DNA of 64,000 nucleotides from Candidatus Babeliales bacterium. Lineage in GTDB: Bacteria > Babelota > Babeliae > Babelales > Vermiphilaceae. The stretch spans positions 576,001 to 640,000 of the forward strand of contig CAVUQO010000003.1 of the NCBI GenBank assembly GCA_963743635.1. The letters run 5' to 3'. This document shows positions 61,955-64,000 of the stretch, in pieces. Made by a program: the position numbers and the translations under genes. The first letter of the stretch is position 1. The number at the start of each line of letters is the position of its first letter. The notes under the pieces were generated by a model. It searched no databases. It was not told where the DNA came from and saw only the letters and a list, made by a program, of their open reading frames with translations.

Positions 61955-63611
61955 TTACATTTTCTCAGGTTTGCTGATGCCTAGTAGGTCAAACGTGGTT
62001 GCAAAGGTGTCTCGCAGGAGCATGATCAAAAGCAGGCGTGAGCGGCTTTGCGGGATGTTCTCCAGATCAATCACACGATTATGGGTGTAATATTTATGGA
62101 ATAACGGTTGCAAGCTCGATGCTATAGTTTGCCAGCAAATGCGTCTGCATATTGGTGCTGATATTATTAAGTAAATTCTTGAGTGACACGATCTTTTTAA
62201 TGAGCAATGCTTCATTGATGCCGATGTGGCTCGTATCTGCATCAGTGATGTTTGCAAATGCTGCTACTTCTTGCGCTTTTTCAAGAATGCTGTGCGTTCT
62301 GACGTATGCATATTGTATGTAATAAACCGGATTTTCGTCAGTCTTTTTCATCGCAAGATCAAGATCGAATTCAAGCTGTGCATCGGCTTTTCGGTTGAGA
62401 TAGAAAAAGCGAGAAACATCTTTGCCGACCGTTTCAATAACGTCTTTGAGTGTGACGATATTTGATGCACGTTTTGACATACGCATTTGCTCGCCCTGAA
62501 CCTTCATCTTAACGAGCTGATAGAGAATGACGTTCAGTCGCGGATTGGAGGGCAGTTCGAGTGCTTGCAGAATCGTTTGTAAGCGGACTGCATAGCTATG
62601 ATGATCGTGTCCTAAAATGATGACCAAGCGATCAAAGCCGCGCTCTACTTTATTCTTAAGATAGGCGATATCGGCGGCAGCATAGGTCAGTTCACCGGAT
62701 GACTTTTTTACCACACGATCTTTATCATCACCAAATTCGGTTGATTTGAACCAGGTCGCATCATCTTTTTCGTAGAGATATCCCTTTTGCTCAAGAAGCT
62801 CGAGTGCGCTTGCAATGGCGCCATTGGCATGCAGATGCCGTTCAGAGAACCAGACATCAAATTCAATGCCATACTCTTTGAGGGTTTCTTGGATCATGGC
62901 AAGAATTTTATCCTTCGCGTATTCAGCGAAAAATTCGTCAGGCTTATCAAGAAAATCGGTGCCATGCTCGGTAACACAGTCGCGTGCAATATCGACCAAA
63001 TAGGAGCCATGGTATCCTTCTTCTGGCATAGCTACGTCATGACCAGTTGCTTGTAGATAGCGCGTCTTGAAAGATATGCCTAATTTTTTGATTTGAGAGC
63101 CCGCATCATTGATGTAGAACTCTTTAGTAGCCTTATGGCCGATAAATTTTAATACATTCGCAAGAACGTCCCCGATAATGCCGCCGCGGCCATTGCCCAG
63201 GTGAAGGGGACCAGTTGGGTTAGCGCTGACAAATTCTAGGGAATAGTTATGTTTGCGTTCACTTGGATTGAGTTTGAAAAAGGTCTCTTTTGCAATGAAA
63301 AGATCGATGCAAAGATCGTGCAAAGCTTGGCGTGTGAGGGTAAAGTTTAAAAAGCCCGGCCCTGCAGGTTCGATGGCACTGATATAGCTGTGTTTGAAGT
63401 TAGACGCAATGCTCTGAGCGACTTCGCGCGGATTGCGTTGCAGCTGTTTTGCCAGGATCAGTGCAGCATTGCTGTTTAAATCCCCGAAATTTTGTTTGCC
63501 TTCATCGATATTGAGGCTGAAATCGCAGGATGCGAGCAGCTGCGGATCTACGTTGAAGGTGGTTTCTAAATAACTAGTAAACGCCTGCTGAATGGTTTCT
63601 ATTACGTTCAT
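61955..63611 (-). CDS. argS: Arginyl-tRNA synthetase (frameshift near 62100)
   Basis: SANPTGPLHLGNGR (HIGH-like), MSKR, NPVYYIQYAYVR and C-terminal LLGISKPEKM. Confidence 0.97.
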
Positions 63612-63681
63612 GCGGACCTTTGGTAATGGTTGTTCTCTTTCACAAAAGGCCATACTCATTAACACATGGGTATAGGTGAAG

Positions 63682-63745
63682 AGAATAACCCGACGAAGCA
63701 AAATACTTCGTGGAGTTAACACTTCGAAGTAAAAGCGAAGCCTGG
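63682..63745 (+). repeat. Repeat family A copy
   Basis: AGAATAACCCGACGAAGCAAAATACTTCG...CTTCGAAGT..AGCGAAGCCTGG. Confidence 0.85.
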
Positions 63746-63894
63746 GGTTTCTTGGTTCATAAAATGCTTCATTATGGTACTATAAACCGTACTATTTGTC
63801 ATCTTTTGGTTTAGGGCCTTGGATGTGGAGGATTAGGATAAATTGTGCTATACTATCCATAGATTAAATCCCTAACCTTCCTTTAAGATGACCT

Positions 63895-64000
63895 ATGAAT
63901 ATAGCAGTACTCCTTTCGGGTGGCGTTGATAGCTCTGTTGCATTGCGTTTATTGCATGAACAGGGGCATTCCGTAACCGCCTTTTATCTGAAGATCTGGC
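63895..64000 (+). CDS. mnmA: tRNA 2-thiouridylase MnmA (5' part)
   Basis: [20 protein letters not shown]...TAFYLKIW. Confidence 0.9.
   Translation, partial: MNIAVLLSGGVDSSVALRLLHEQGHSVTAFYLKIW

Noticed and set aside
1..64000. CRISPR array, prophage or transposase
   Set aside because: No regularly spaced repeat-spacer array and no phage or transposase motifs were seen.

Overview
A 64-kb bacterial chromosome window, probably from an obligate intracellular symbiont of protists. The best inference is Dependentiae/TM6-like, based on tandem ATP/ADP translocases, many signal-peptide orphan genes and eukaryote-like motifs; no search was run. Housekeeping genes include lon, rpsB, dnaX, der, hpf, dsbD, cca, tolQRAB, ftsH, suhB, rpmB, rpsT, mrdA, a XerC/D recombinase, nth, thrS, a PhoH-family gene, rnpA, rpmH, trxB, tig, frr, pyrH, tsf, argS and the start of mnmA. 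RNA genes are three tRNAs and SRP RNA. Many essential genes carry single-base frameshifts, most likely sequencing errors. The main finding lies at 39.7-47.6 kb: two paralogous ~910-aa membrane one-component regulators (multi-TM sensor, GAF-like domain, catalytically degenerate sigma54-activator-like AAA+ domain, Fis-type HTH). Each is transcribed divergently from an unannotated 34-40 aa signal-peptide-like ORF ending in a [W/Y]PP..D tail, and each small ORF is preceded by an identically placed TTGATC-N17-TATAxT promoter. This looks like a duplicated, diversified peptide-receptor (quorum-sensing-like) module. Other observations: a secreted PD-(D/E)xK polymorphic toxin with putative immunity genes, three secreted AAA+ ATPases, a secreted tandem-UIM protein, secreted genes repeatedly flanked by duplicated terminators, and two palindromic repeat families, one of which overlaps tRNA 3' ends and sits in-frame inside suhB.
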